A stretch of 64,000 nucleotides of DNA from a virus. Under the pieces are notes generated by a model. The model made no database searches, had not been told where the DNA came from, and saw only the letters and a list, made by a program, of their open reading frames with translations. Positions 9,324 through 18,923 of the stretch are shown piece after piece; the first letter of the stretch is position 1; the number at the start of each line of letters is the position of its first letter. The position numbers and the translations under genes were made by a program. Location: the IMG/VR virus record IMGVR_UViG_3300045988_052780, one strand, 5' to 3'.

Positions 9324-11452
9324 TAGTCTTCAATAGATATATCTGCACCCAAATGTGCTCTAGTACAGAATGGCTCACCTCCACTTTCCATACACTTCAC
9401 AAGTATCTTGCCTACCTCTTCAGCAATATTTTCAGGTGCTTCGACATTGTGCTCGTCATGAACAGGTACACAGTATCTAACTGTGAATAACAAATTGTTC
9501 TTCCTTAGCCAATTAAAGAATTTAATGGCAGATAATTTGAAACACATAGAACCAGCATGTTGAATAGGATAATTTATTGACTGTTTCATTGAATCAGATA
9601 ACCTTCTCCTCAAATGCTGAGAGCTTGTTTTGTAATAATTATCACCGTTAGATCCTAACATATATTTAGCTTCTGGAGAACCCAATTCGCTGTCTATCTT
9701 ACAAAGATTATCCCAATCATATATGAATGCTTTATGTTTAGTAATAGGATTAAGAAGGATATATCCCTTATCTAGAACGTCTTCCCTCCTAAATTCCTGA
9801 TATTTCTTTAATCCAGAGAAACCAGACATATAATTATCATATACTTCTTGAGCCCTTCTCTTAGTAAGACCATAGTTCTTCATTAAAGTGTTCCAATCTC
9901 CTCCATAGTTGAAACAGAACTCATACCCTTTAGCAGCATCTCTAAGAGGTTTATATTTAGCCTTAACTTCAGATAATGGAGTATCATCAGGAATATCAGT
10001 GAATACTATTCTAGCAGTTAGACTATGTAAATCTCCACTTCCATTTACTAATTCGTCCAACATGGCCACATCATTAGCAATAGACGCCATTAAGAAGGAT
10101 TCCTGTCCTTTATAATCACAACTGATCCATTTATATCCAGAATCTGCTATAAAACAACTTCTAGTAAATGGATCATGTGGAAGATTCATTAGGGACGGGT
10201 TGGTTGCAGACAATCGACCAGTATCGGCTCCTAATTGGAAATAATCTGGATGAATACGTCCACTAACTGGATTAATCTTATCTATAAACTTCTGCCCAAA
10301 AGTATCAACAAGTATTTTAGCCTTCTTATACTCTACATATAATGGAACTATAGTACACTTATTGGCTTGTGGCTTAATAAGCTTTATATCAACAGATTTC
10401 TTCTTAACTTTAGTCTTTGGGTCTATAGTAGTACAGTTAAGACCTAGATGTTCAAATAAAGGCACTACTTGTTGGCTACTAGACCAGTTTACATTACATT
10501 TAGCACAAGTATCAAATCCAGAGAACAAATCTCCCTGTAGATTACGTGTTACATATGGAAATGCTTTATCATACTCATAATGAATAAGTCCAGTTTGAGG
10601 ATTCTGAACTCTCTTTACATTACTCATATTATTGTTTAGGGAATCAAATAGTTTAAACTCTTCCATAATGGGAACTTCTTCGGTAGATACTCTAATATAT
10701 CCCTCAGTAGAAGATTTATGTTCTTCATAATAATCCTCTACCCACTTATTAAGAGCAGCTTCTGCTTTATTAACTTCTTCTTTATCCCTCGACATCTTTT
10801 GCTTCCATTTGATTGGATCAAGTTTAGCTCCACAATATTCCATATAAGCAATTACTGGAGTAAACTTCATTTCAAATTCAGCAGCCTTAGTTAATTCTTT
10901 CTTCTCTAGCTCTGCATCTTGCTTCTCTTTAATCTTAGTAAGATACATAACATCACCAGCAGCATATTGTACTACTGGTATTGTTAAACCTTGTGTGATA
11001 ATTTGTCCTCGAACTGTTTTATCAATATCTATACCAAGATAGAAGTCAGCGGCAGCTTTTAAAGCAAGACTATGAAACTGAGGAGGATACCCTAGATAGA
11101 GTATCTTCTCAGCAATCATTCCATCCCATACATTATAAGGAACTATTCTATGATGATATAGAAACCTTAAATCAAACGCAATATTCCAACCTAGAAATGT
11201 TTTAGTAGGATCTTCAAGCACACATCTAAGCTTTTCAATTGGAATGGTTACATTATCAATAACTATCTGATCCTCTCCTAAACCATATTGAGTACATAAT
11301 AGAGGTTTTGTATATGGATCAAGACCAGCAGTTTCACTATCATATTCTATCCAACTATGAGGCATTATCATGTCTATAGCGTCAGACAGAGACAGTTCTT
11401 TATAAGCATCAGTTTCAAATAGTGATTTCTGATTACTTACTAGATATATCAT
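9311..11452 (-). CDS. family-A DNA polymerase with N-terminal 3'-5' exonuclease
   Basis: Exo I motif DSETAGLDP. Polymerase motif B RDAAKGYEFCFNYGG. Motif C VHDEHNVEAP. 713 aa. Confidence 0.9.
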   Translation of the reverse strand: MIYLVSNQKSLFETDAYKELSLSDAIDMIMPHSWIEYDSETAGLDPYTKPLLCTQYGLGEDQIVIDNVTIPIEKLRCVLEDPTKTFLGWNIAFDLRFLYHHRIVPYNVWDGMIAEKILYLGYPPQFHSLALKAAADFYLGIDIDKTVRGQIITQGLTIPVVQYAAGDVMYLTKIKEKQDAELEKKELTKAAEFEMKFTPVIAYMEYCGAKLDPIKWKQKMSRDKEEVNKAEAALNKWVEDYYEEHKSSTEGYIRVSTEEVPIMEEFKLFDSLNNNMSNVKRVQNPQTGLIHYEYDKAFPYVTRNLQGDLFSGFDTCAKCNVNWSSSQQVVPLFEHLGLNCTTIDPKTKVKKKSVDIKLIKPQANKCTIVPLYVEYKKAKILVDTFGQKFIDKINPVSGRIHPDYFQLGADTGRLSATNPSLMNLPHDPFTRSCFIADSGYKWISCDYKGQESFLMASIANDVAMLDELVNGSGDLHSLTARIVFTDIPDDTPLSEVKAKYKPLRDAAKGYEFCFNYGGDWNTLMKNYGLTKRRAQEVYDNYMSGFSGLKKYQEFRREDVLDKGYILLNPITKHKAFIYDWDNLCKIDSELGSPEAKYMLGSNGDNYYKTSSQHLRRRLSDSMKQSINYPIQHAGSMCFKLSAIKFFNWLRKNNLLFTVRYCVPVHDEHNVEAPENIAEEVGKILVKCMESGGEPFCTRAHLGADISIEDYWVH

Positions 11453-11673
11453 GAAACCTCTATGTCAATATTACTAATATCAACATCTCCTAAACTACTA
11501 AGTGCGGCTTGTATTCTACTCTTAATAGCTTCTACAGCTTCATCTACATCTAGATGTCCATAATATTCATACCATGCTAATCCTTTAGCGTTAATATCAA
11601 TCTTAAAGACTTTCTCTTCTACATTATATGGAGCAAATGGATCCACGTCTGCCCCTAAAGGTAAATTACTCAT
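11449..11673 (-). CDS. hypothetical small acidic protein
   Basis: 74 aa ORF overlapping the polymerase start by 4 nt. Confidence 0.4.
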   Translation of the reverse strand: MSNLPLGADVDPFAPYNVEEKVFKIDINAKGLAWYEYYGHLDVDEAVEAIKSRIQAALSSLGDVDISNIDIEVS

Positions 11674-11731
11674 TAATTAATGATTATAAATTAATAATAA
11701 GTAATCTATTAACAGATCTCGTTACCGAGTC

Positions 11732-12355
11732 TTAATTTCCGGTATCAAAGTATAATAATGTGGGATTATCCTTTTGAATATCAATAGAATCTAAGTTCCT
11801 AATAGCAAGCTGTTGAGCAAACTGATTAGTATCAAATCCTATTGTTATAAGATGGTATCCGTGGACTGTAGGAATAATATGCTTTACTTTTACGTCTTGA
11901 GAACCTCTACAATTATTAACTATGTTAATAATATTGTTAAGATAATTTTCATTCTTACTGTCAACATCAACAATCCAAAGAGGTTTATAACCTCTAGCTC
12001 TAGTATGTCCACATGAAGAATCCCAAATCCTATATCCTTGATAACAATTGCCTTCCTGAATTAATTTAGCATATTCTTGAATTGCAGTACAAGCAACTTG
12101 CTCAGCATTACGCTTATTCAAAGTTATATATGCTCTTGCATGATTACTCTGACATAATTCTGTAATCTTTGCTCTTTTACGTTCTAGCTGCTCTTTACTA
12201 AATATATAGTAAGTTTTAATGGTTCTATAGCCATTATTACCTGTGTCAGTTACACAACCGTCCTTCTTACGCTGGATAATTTGTAAGAAGTAGAATTCAT
12301 TAGGGTCATTAAACTCTAATATATCTAATATCTGATCAAAATTATCTACTATCAT
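11732..12355 (-). CDS. hypothetical protein
   Basis: 207 aa ORF. Confidence 0.4.
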   Translation of the reverse strand: MIVDNFDQILDILEFNDPNEFYFLQIIQRKKDGCVTDTGNNGYRTIKTYYIFSKEQLERKRAKITELCQSNHARAYITLNKRNAEQVACTAIQEYAKLIQEGNCYQGYRIWDSSCGHTRARGYKPLWIVDVDSKNENYLNNIINIVNNCRGSQDVKVKHIIPTVHGYHLITIGFDTNQFAQQLAIRNLDSIDIQKDNPTLLYFDTGN

Positions 12356-12687
12356 CCTCTTGTTATTTTAAGTTTAGGTGTCCATACTTCTCCTAATGCT
12401 CCTTTGTTACATCCTAGACCTATCCACTTAATAGTTGGAAAGAAGTCAAATAAATAAGAGAATACACTAGCATTTACATTAGGAATTTCAAAATCATTCC
12501 AGTACAGCATTATATACTCATCCTCTATATAATAACCTCTGACTGTGTGTACAAACGGGTAACCAATCTCACTAAACCATTTAGCATGTGAGCAATCCAT
12601 ATGCTTACTAGTTGGAAACTTAACTAGTAGTGTGTCAGACTCCAAATAAAATGGTTTACGCTTCTTGTGAAATTCTTCTTCGCTCAT
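12352..12687 (-). CDS. hypothetical protein
   Basis: 111 aa ORF. Confidence 0.35.
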   Translation of the reverse strand: MSEEEFHKKRKPFYLESDTLLVKFPTSKHMDCSHAKWFSEIGYPFVHTVRGYYIEDEYIMLYWNDFEIPNVNASVFSYLFDFFPTIKWIGLGCNKGALGEVWTPKLKITRG

Positions 12688-12871
12688 TATTATACTTATT
12701 TACTTCAATTAGTCTATCTGTAGTTACAAGGAGCAATCCAATACTAAATGCCCATAAAGGAGCAGCTGGAACTATAAATAGAGTTATGAACCCAAGTACA
12801 GCTCCTAGTATTAGCCAAGGAACTCCCCATATAAATAGATTTAGTATGCTATTATTGTCAAAATCCGTCAT
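12656..12871 (-). CDS. small membrane protein (2 TM)
   Basis: 71 aa, two hydrophobic helices. 32 nt overlap with the downstream ORF. Confidence 0.3.
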   Translation of the reverse strand: MTDFDNNSILNLFIWGVPWLILGAVLGFITLFIVPAAPLWAFSIGLLLVTTDRLIEVNKYNNERRRISQEA

Positions 12872-13050
12872 ATTTCTTGTTTCATATCAGTCACTTGGAA
12901 TTACATCTAAATTTGTTAAATAGAATCCGTTATCATCTAGGTCTCTCTGTACGAAGTATCCGTTAACATCTACAGTCTCTCCCTTGAGAGTATGTATCAT
13001 AACTTCCCTGTCTCGATCATACCTTTGGAGAATTTCAATCAATTGACCTA

Positions 13051-13425
13051 CTAGTAATGCCATTTGTCATAATATAAAGAGAACCTGTATAATCTGTTTG
13101 CAGCCTCAACTGGAGTATGACCATCCCATTCATCAGCTTTCCATCTTTCAGGAACATTGAACAGGTTCCATTCTTCCGCCCTATAATGATTGCTCACTTG
13201 ACCCGTAGGAAGGTTAGCCATAACAATAAACCATCCTCCTCCAAAGCATAGTTCTCCATCTGCATGTCTGTAGGATTTATGGACTTCATATTTACCTTCC
13301 AAGCTGTTAAAGAATGCTGCATTGTACAGCATTCTGTAGTGATATAACTCATCAAAGGTATGAAATCCGTCTGAAACCTCACCTTCAGGTAGGAACAAGT
13401 TCTTTAGTCTTTGTAATAGTCTCAT
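13051..13425 (-). CDS. hypothetical aromatic-rich protein
   Basis: 124 aa ORF. Confidence 0.4.
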   Translation of the reverse strand: MRLLQRLKNLFLPEGEVSDGFHTFDELYHYRMLYNAAFFNSLEGKYEVHKSYRHADGELCFGGGWFIVMANLPTGQVSNHYRAEEWNLFNVPERWKADEWDGHTPVEAANRLYRFSLYYDKWHY

Positions 13426-14351
13426 TAGAATTTACCCTCATTAGGTTGTAAACAAATCAGACCTTCATTACGCCACATTTCCACACATTTGCAATTGTCT
13501 TCAAGTACGAATGGAATATAGTACTTACCTTTGATATTGTCTTCATAGAACTTCTTCTTACATATAGGACCAGCTACGAAGCTATTAGCGGGACGCATAA
13601 GAATCATATCTGGATGTAGGAAGTTATTCTCCAACCACTGTTCTGTAGCTTTACGAACTTCTGGGGTATCTTCCCTACCAGTTAGTATTATTAACTTGGC
13701 AGGATAATTATCACAGAAGTTTCTAATAAGTTCAAGAATAGGAGTAATAGGCTCATCAGTAAGCATACCTTCAGCTGCACCTTCTCCATAGAACGGACGA
13801 CCACTAGTATTCAGACACACAGTTGCATCCATATCTACTATAATTGCTGCTGGTAGGTTAGTGTCTTGAACTAATGCTTTAGCCTTAGCAGCCATAATTT
13901 CCTCATGAATTATGAAGTCTCTATAGCGTCTCCAAGTCTGTCTAATAACTTTCTCACCTATAGGATGTTCTCTTTTAGCATCACGACGAACACACTCATC
14001 TACGGGAGTCCAGAAATCTTTGTATTCAATCTCATACTTCCAATCGTAGGTATAATTCTCGTTAAAGTCCTTAACCATCTTCTCTAACTCTGCACAAGTC
14101 TTAGGATTAAGGTTCATATTATCAACTATGATGTTATAACCTTTCTCCATACTATAAGCTAGTACAGTGTTATAAGTTGCAGTGACAACATCCTCTCTAC
14201 TAGGAACCCAATAGTCTCCCAGCATGTTACGAATATCGTCATTGTTAAATCTTACTCTGTGCTCCGGGTCTTCATGACACCACTGCTTAGCAAAACTAGT
14301 TTTGCCACTTCCCTGAATTCCTCTACAGATTACTAATACTCTAGTTTCCAT
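13425..14351 (-). CDS. pnk: polynucleotide 5'-kinase/3'-phosphatase (T4 Pnk-like)
   Basis: P-loop CRGIQGSGKTS, HAD phosphatase motif IIVDMDATVC, LIILTGRED, and CVEMWRNEGLICLQ (T4 Pnk VVEMWRRIGVECWQV). Confidence 0.9.
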   Translation of the reverse strand: METRVLVICRGIQGSGKTSFAKQWCHEDPEHRVRFNNDDIRNMLGDYWVPSREDVVTATYNTVLAYSMEKGYNIIVDNMNLNPKTCAELEKMVKDFNENYTYDWKYEIEYKDFWTPVDECVRRDAKREHPIGEKVIRQTWRRYRDFIIHEEIMAAKAKALVQDTNLPAAIIVDMDATVCLNTSGRPFYGEGAAEGMLTDEPITPILELIRNFCDNYPAKLIILTGREDTPEVRKATEQWLENNFLHPDMILMRPANSFVAGPICKKKFYEDNIKGKYYIPFVLEDNCKCVEMWRNEGLICLQPNEGKF

Positions 14352-14749
14352 TAATCAATATTACATAAAACATCACTAAATCCGCTATAATCTAAGTCAG
14401 CTAAAATGTCTCGTATAAACGATATGTAATCTCTAGTACTTTGTAAATCCCGTATATATTCCTTAGTGGATATCATCTCCTCTATAAGTTCCGAATTGCC
14501 ATGACAGAATTTCTCGTACTCTACTCGCCTCGCTTCTGCTTTAGCAATGTCATCATCAAGGTCTCGAATTACTGATTCAACATCACTAACAGTGAGTTTA
14601 GTATACTTCTCTTCATTACCAGCATATGCTATACTAAGATTATCAAAGAATCTTTGATACACCTCATTAGACCTACTGAATGATTGAAGTAGTAGCCTCT
14701 CCTCTGGATGTGCTTTAGGCACTAAATAAAATGATAAATAACTACTCAT
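14351..14749 (-). CDS. hypothetical protein
   Basis: 132 aa ORF between pnk and the nucleotidyltransferase. Confidence 0.4.
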   Translation of the reverse strand: MSSYLSFYLVPKAHPEERLLLQSFSRSNEVYQRFFDNLSIAYAGNEEKYTKLTVSDVESVIRDLDDDIAKAEARRVEYEKFCHGNSELIEEMISTKEYIRDLQSTRDYISFIRDILADLDYSGFSDVLCNID

Positions 14750-15540
14750 TTCTCGTTAGTTGGCTTAAGCCACAAGCTAGTTTTAGTAAAGATATAATCT
14801 CTCAGTTCAGTAAGTTCAGATAACCATCCCAATGCTAAAGATGAGTTACATTTAAAGCATTTTGTTAGTTCTTCCCTTATCCTCTCCTCTGATACTACTG
14901 GCATTTTATTGAAATAATCATAAGACTTCATAACTTGCCACATATCTTGAGATACTAGCAACCTTTTAGTAATAGAGAATCTTATACCTCTAAGTATTCT
15001 TAGTGGGTCATCATCGAATGTTGTTATTGGGTCTAATGGGGTTACCAGCAGCCTCCTTGCTAAATGAGTCTTGCCATTAAAGTAGTCTATAATCTCTCCA
15101 GTATCAGGGTCTTTAGCCATAGCGTTGACAGTAAAATCTCTACGAGATAAATCATCATATAGATTACCTGGTTCTACAATGGGAATCCTAGTGCCTGGGA
15201 CATATCCTACTTCCTTCCTTGCCATCACAAAGTCTGCTACACCTTGATACTTATATCCTTCTGGGAATTTAGCACGTATAGTGTAACATTCTGGAGTTAC
15301 TAAGAAGATTTCGAACTTCTGTTCTTCCAAGTAGCTTTTTAATGCTTTAAACATTAGTTGAGCTGGACTAAGCTGAGCTTCACATGGGTGAATTTTACTA
15401 TAGACTGCCTTTGTAGGCACAGCTACATAATCAACATCCTTATTAGTAAGACCTAATAGCTCATCGCGTATCTTACCACCAACTTCGTAGAATTTAAAAT
15501 CTTCCATTTTAATAAAAATATTATTCTTCCATTTTATCAA
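14746..15540 (-). CDS. Pol-beta superfamily nucleotidyltransferase, tRNA CCA/A-adding enzyme head-domain type
   Basis: YEVGGKIRDELLGLTNKDVDYVAV matches the GGxVRDxLLG...DxD signature of CCA-adding/poly(A) polymerase heads. At 264 aa it is shorter than canonical Cca. Confidence 0.6.
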   Translation of the reverse strand: MIKWKNNIFIKMEDFKFYEVGGKIRDELLGLTNKDVDYVAVPTKAVYSKIHPCEAQLSPAQLMFKALKSYLEEQKFEIFLVTPECYTIRAKFPEGYKYQGVADFVMARKEVGYVPGTRIPIVEPGNLYDDLSRRDFTVNAMAKDPDTGEIIDYFNGKTHLARRLLVTPLDPITTFDDDPLRILRGIRFSITKRLLVSQDMWQVMKSYDYFNKMPVVSEERIREELTKCFKCNSSLALGWLSELTELRDYIFTKTSLWLKPTNEK

Positions 15541-15559
15541 ATGACTGTATTAACCCTTC

Positions 15560-16018
15560 TTACCAGTCATAGACGCATCCTATTATTCTGTTCTTCTTAA
15601 CGAATCCATACAATTGATCAATGGCTTCCTCATATGTTATGCCTGGAAAGAGTGGGCAGCATAGATTTTGGCCTTCCTCAAAGTTCTCAGGGACAGTATA
15701 GTCCATATAATTAACCTTAGAATATCGTTCAAAGTATTCATAGCTATCCAGATAGGGAGGAAGACTTACATAGCCATCAGTAGGCAATAAGTTATATGTG
15801 TCTAGAATTTCTAACGCCTGTTCTTTAGTAATAATTCCTGCATCAGCTTCCTCAAACAGTTTATCAGCTATTTCGCCTTTAAGCTGTCCTACTTCTGCTA
15901 GCTTACGGGTTAATAAACTTAGCTTACTAGATACTTCTTCCGTCATATATAAGTGGATATTTGTTAAACTCCTCATCAGTACCTTCAAATGGAGTGATAT
16001 TATAGTTATAATATTCAT
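15560..16018 (-). CDS. hypothetical protein
   Basis: 152 aa ORF. Confidence 0.35.
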   Translation of the reverse strand: MNIITIISLHLKVLMRSLTNIHLYMTEEVSSKLSLLTRKLAEVGQLKGEIADKLFEEADAGIITKEQALEILDTYNLLPTDGYVSLPPYLDSYEYFERYSKVNYMDYTVPENFEEGQNLCCPLFPGITYEEAIDQLYGFVKKNRIIGCVYDW

Positions 16019-16244
16019 CCCAATCTATGCTATTTAGTACTTTAAGGACATCTTCGTCTGTCATATACTCGTAATCATATCCTTCTGCTGTTACTATAAA
16101 TTCATCGTCAACTATGCTGACGGCTAATTCGTAAGCATAATCATCAGCGGCTTTAGACATGTTATCATCATACATAGAAGGTGCATAAGCGACCACAAAT
16201 TCATTCTTGCAGTCGTTTATGCACTCAATTAAATATCTATTCAT
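15927..16244 (-). CDS. small highly acidic, aromatic-rich protein (DNA-mimic candidate)
   Basis: 105 aa with many D/E/Y residues. Overlaps the downstream ORF by about 90 nt in another frame. Confidence 0.35.
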   Translation of the reverse strand: MNRYLIECINDCKNEFVVAYAPSMYDDNMSKAADDYAYELAVSIVDDEFIVTAEGYDYEYMTDEDVLKVLNSIDWDEYYNYNITPFEGTDEEFNKYPLIYDGRSI

Positions 16245-17632
16245 TACTGGTCTGCTTCTATATCAATTTCTCCTTTATCTAATGACTTAGACTCCTCTCC
16301 TAAGAATCTAAAGCATTTAAGTTTGTAAGCTTCAGATAAACCATTCTCAATGCGAATCACTATACCTTCATGTGGTACATCATTGTGACATGTAGGTGAA
16401 AGTTCTTCCATGTAGAACCTTTTATCATTAGCTAGCTTTTGGATAAAATTCTCATTCCAATGCTCAGTCTCATCAAGCTCCGGATATAAATCCTTAGCAT
16501 ATCCGTAATATAACTGTTCTACCGGAGTAAGTCCTTTATCTTTACACCACCGTTGTACTTGTCTAGCAGAGAATTCAAATACCACACCATCTGGATTTGT
16601 ATAAGTAATACGGTAAATTTGGATACCGAAATTCTTACCATATTCATACGGTGTAGTCTGAGTAGTAGGATCCCATATAGGTCTCTCATAACCATAGTCA
16701 TAAGCTTTACCATTCATTGCTTGAATAGCCTGACCTGTAGGCAGCCATCCTATGATTTCATAATAAAGAGTAAGTCCTTTAGTAAGATACGGAGACAATT
16801 TAGAATGAGCTTCACCCCAAATATCACAACCATAATATCCTGCACTTGCTTCTTTATTGTAATACTGATTTTTAACTACCTTTCTAGAAGACCATAAGTA
16901 GTCATACTTAGTGTCTGGAACATCTGTGAACCAGCTAGCCACCTTGTCTTTCCATCTTAATGGTCTTTTACATAGTACATCGGCAGAAATACCTGATGTT
17001 CCATGTACTTTGGAAGTAATACTAATAATATCATTAGGTTTAATAACCCAAGGACATTTCTTAATGAGAACAGTATCATAATGAAATCTAAACTGATTCT
17101 CTACTAATTTACTAATGCCTTTAGGCTGCTTAGCTTGCCTAGAAGAATTTCCAGAAGTTTTAGGAGGATTCACTACATACTTCTTACAAAGTATATGTTT
17201 ATCCAAACTATCAAATTCTGTTCCTTCTTTCAAATTGGTAACTACTTCATGAGATTCTCCTATAAAATCCAGCCATTTATATAACGAATCTATAGGCATT
17301 ATAAATCCCTCTGAAGGAACTCCCTGCAACTTAATAGGCTTTACCCTACCATTATCCTCAAAGAAACCTGGAGAAGCTTCCTTGTTAGCATTGAATTCAT
17401 TGTGTCTAAATAGATTATTAGCTGCCAAATATTTATTAGCAATCTGACATCCTACAGGGAAATATATATATTGCCCTGGTTGAGTATCCTTAGATACGGA
17501 TATCATATAACCATCTACATGAACACATTTCATCCTTTCACATTTAGGATTAGGGTGTGGTGTGAAATCTTTTACTTGAATTATCTTAGCTGCATAATTA
17601 ACATTAAACTTAGAAGATTGATTTATACGCAT
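16244..17632 (-). CDS. ATP-dependent RNA ligase (Rnl2/Rnl5-like nucleotidyltransferase with N-terminal extension)
   Basis: Motif I lysine in ITSKVHGTSG (KxHGT, as in T4 Rnl2 KIHGTN) near residue 200. Downstream EGIVIR and KLKCF resemble motifs IV and V. Confidence 0.55.
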   Translation of the reverse strand: MRINQSSKFNVNYAAKIIQVKDFTPHPNPKCERMKCVHVDGYMISVSKDTQPGQYIYFPVGCQIANKYLAANNLFRHNEFNANKEASPGFFEDNGRVKPIKLQGVPSEGFIMPIDSLYKWLDFIGESHEVVTNLKEGTEFDSLDKHILCKKYVVNPPKTSGNSSRQAKQPKGISKLVENQFRFHYDTVLIKKCPWVIKPNDIISITSKVHGTSGISADVLCKRPLRWKDKVASWFTDVPDTKYDYLWSSRKVVKNQYYNKEASAGYYGCDIWGEAHSKLSPYLTKGLTLYYEIIGWLPTGQAIQAMNGKAYDYGYERPIWDPTTQTTPYEYGKNFGIQIYRITYTNPDGVVFEFSARQVQRWCKDKGLTPVEQLYYGYAKDLYPELDETEHWNENFIQKLANDKRFYMEELSPTCHNDVPHEGIVIRIENGLSEAYKLKCFRFLGEESKSLDKGEIDIEADQ

Positions 17633-17667
17633 GTATTACGGATAATTTCCGTCTGTAAATAGATAAT

Positions 17668-17868
17668 CTATACAAGTGTCCAATCAGTACGCTCTACAGC
17701 ATCAGGGAACCACTTAGTTACCTTGTAATACTGATTAGAGTTAGGCTTTGGATAACATACTATACTGCCCTTAAGCATAGTATACCTTCTACCAGAAGGA
17801 TTAGTAACTGTCTCGCCTATATGCATCATAGATAATGCTTCTCCAAAGTCAAATACTTGTTTCTCCAT
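17668..17868 (-). CDS. hypothetical small protein
   Basis: 66 aa ORF. Confidence 0.3.
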   Translation of the reverse strand: MEKQVFDFGEALSMMHIGETVTNPSGRRYTMLKGSIVCYPKPNSNQYYKVTKWFPDAVERTDWTLV

Positions 17869-17880
17869 AATCTTAAAAAT

Positions 17881-18183
17881 TTATTTGGTTTTACAATTAG
17901 CTTCTAAATAATCATAGAGTTCATCTATGTTCTTTAGAATCTCATTACCTTGCTCGTCTGTAGCAACTATATGTGGATTTTCTGATTTCTCATACACCCA
18001 CCATTGAATCCAGTCCATACCTTCTTCGTTATAATACTCAGACAGAAGTAACATTGCTAAATCCTCAGCATTGGTTACTAGTGGACTTTCCATTATATCA
18101 ATGCCCATATTGTAAAGCTTTCTCATTTGCTCTACAATATTAGTAAGAGAGTGAATTGCATGTAGGAATGTAGTCTTTACCAT
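17881..18183 (-). CDS. hypothetical protein
   Basis: 100 aa ORF. Confidence 0.35.
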   Translation of the reverse strand: MVKTTFLHAIHSLTNIVEQMRKLYNMGIDIMESPLVTNAEDLAMLLLSEYYNEEGMDWIQWWVYEKSENPHIVATDEQGNEILKNIDELYDYLEANCKTK

Positions 18184-18374
18184 ACTATTTTATCGAAGTT
18201 ATCGCTCATAGTTTGAATTGTAGCCGAATCATAGTGTTTTAATAAAGCAAGATAATAATCAAATATAGATTGGTACAAATCATCCTTTTCAGCATCAGTA
18301 AGGGAGTTGCCAGCAAGGGACACCATTAAATCAGCTATATTAGAGCTTAATAATACAGATGTTTTATTTATCAT
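18177..18374 (-). CDS. hypothetical small protein
   Basis: 65 aa ORF. Confidence 0.3.
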   Translation of the reverse strand: MINKTSVLLSSNIADLMVSLAGNSLTDAEKDDLYQSIFDYYLALLKHYDSATIQTMSDNFDKIVW

Positions 18375-18618
18375 CTAACGTTACAAATAAAGTAGCCAGT
18401 ATGTCCAGTATCTTTTTATCACTCATATCATTGATAGTTAGTAATGTTTCTCGAATTGAGAACACATCATTATCTGGGCGATAATGAGTTCTCATAACTC
18501 TAATGACATCATCTACATCTCTGATTAAAGTATCTTCATCATAAGCTATATCGTCCCTGTATTTAAAGAACTGGATTTTGGGCTTACCTTCCCTTCTATA
18601 TGCTACTATATAATTCAT
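18364..18618 (-). CDS. hypothetical small protein
   Basis: 84 aa ORF. Confidence 0.3.
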   Translation of the reverse strand: MNYIVAYRREGKPKIQFFKYRDDIAYDEDTLIRDVDDVIRVMRTHYRPDNDVFSIRETLLTINDMSDKKILDILATLFVTLDDK

Positions 18619-18923
18619 TCTCGTGTAAGTTCAAATTCACGCATAAAGTTAGCAAATACTTGTGCCAACGATTCATCTTGTTTGTTGTTATAGTAATAGT
18701 TGAATGCATGAAACACTTCATGCCAGAAAGAATTCTTAATCTGTTCTTCAGTCAGATTAATTACCTTTCCATCATCAGTCTTCATGCATTCTGCTACCTT
18801 TATTTCTAATGTTAGATTACAATGAGAACCAAAGGTATCACCATCATCTATAAAATCGCACAAAGTGACTTTATACCAATGATTGGCTATTCTAACCTTA
18901 CTAGGGATGTCATATTTATTCAT
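18615..18923 (-). CDS. hypothetical protein
   Basis: 102 aa ORF. Confidence 0.35.
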   Translation of the reverse strand: MNKYDIPSKVRIANHWYKVTLCDFIDDGDTFGSHCNLTLEIKVAECMKTDDGKVINLTEEQIKNSFWHEVFHAFNYYYNNKQDESLAQVFANFMREFELTRE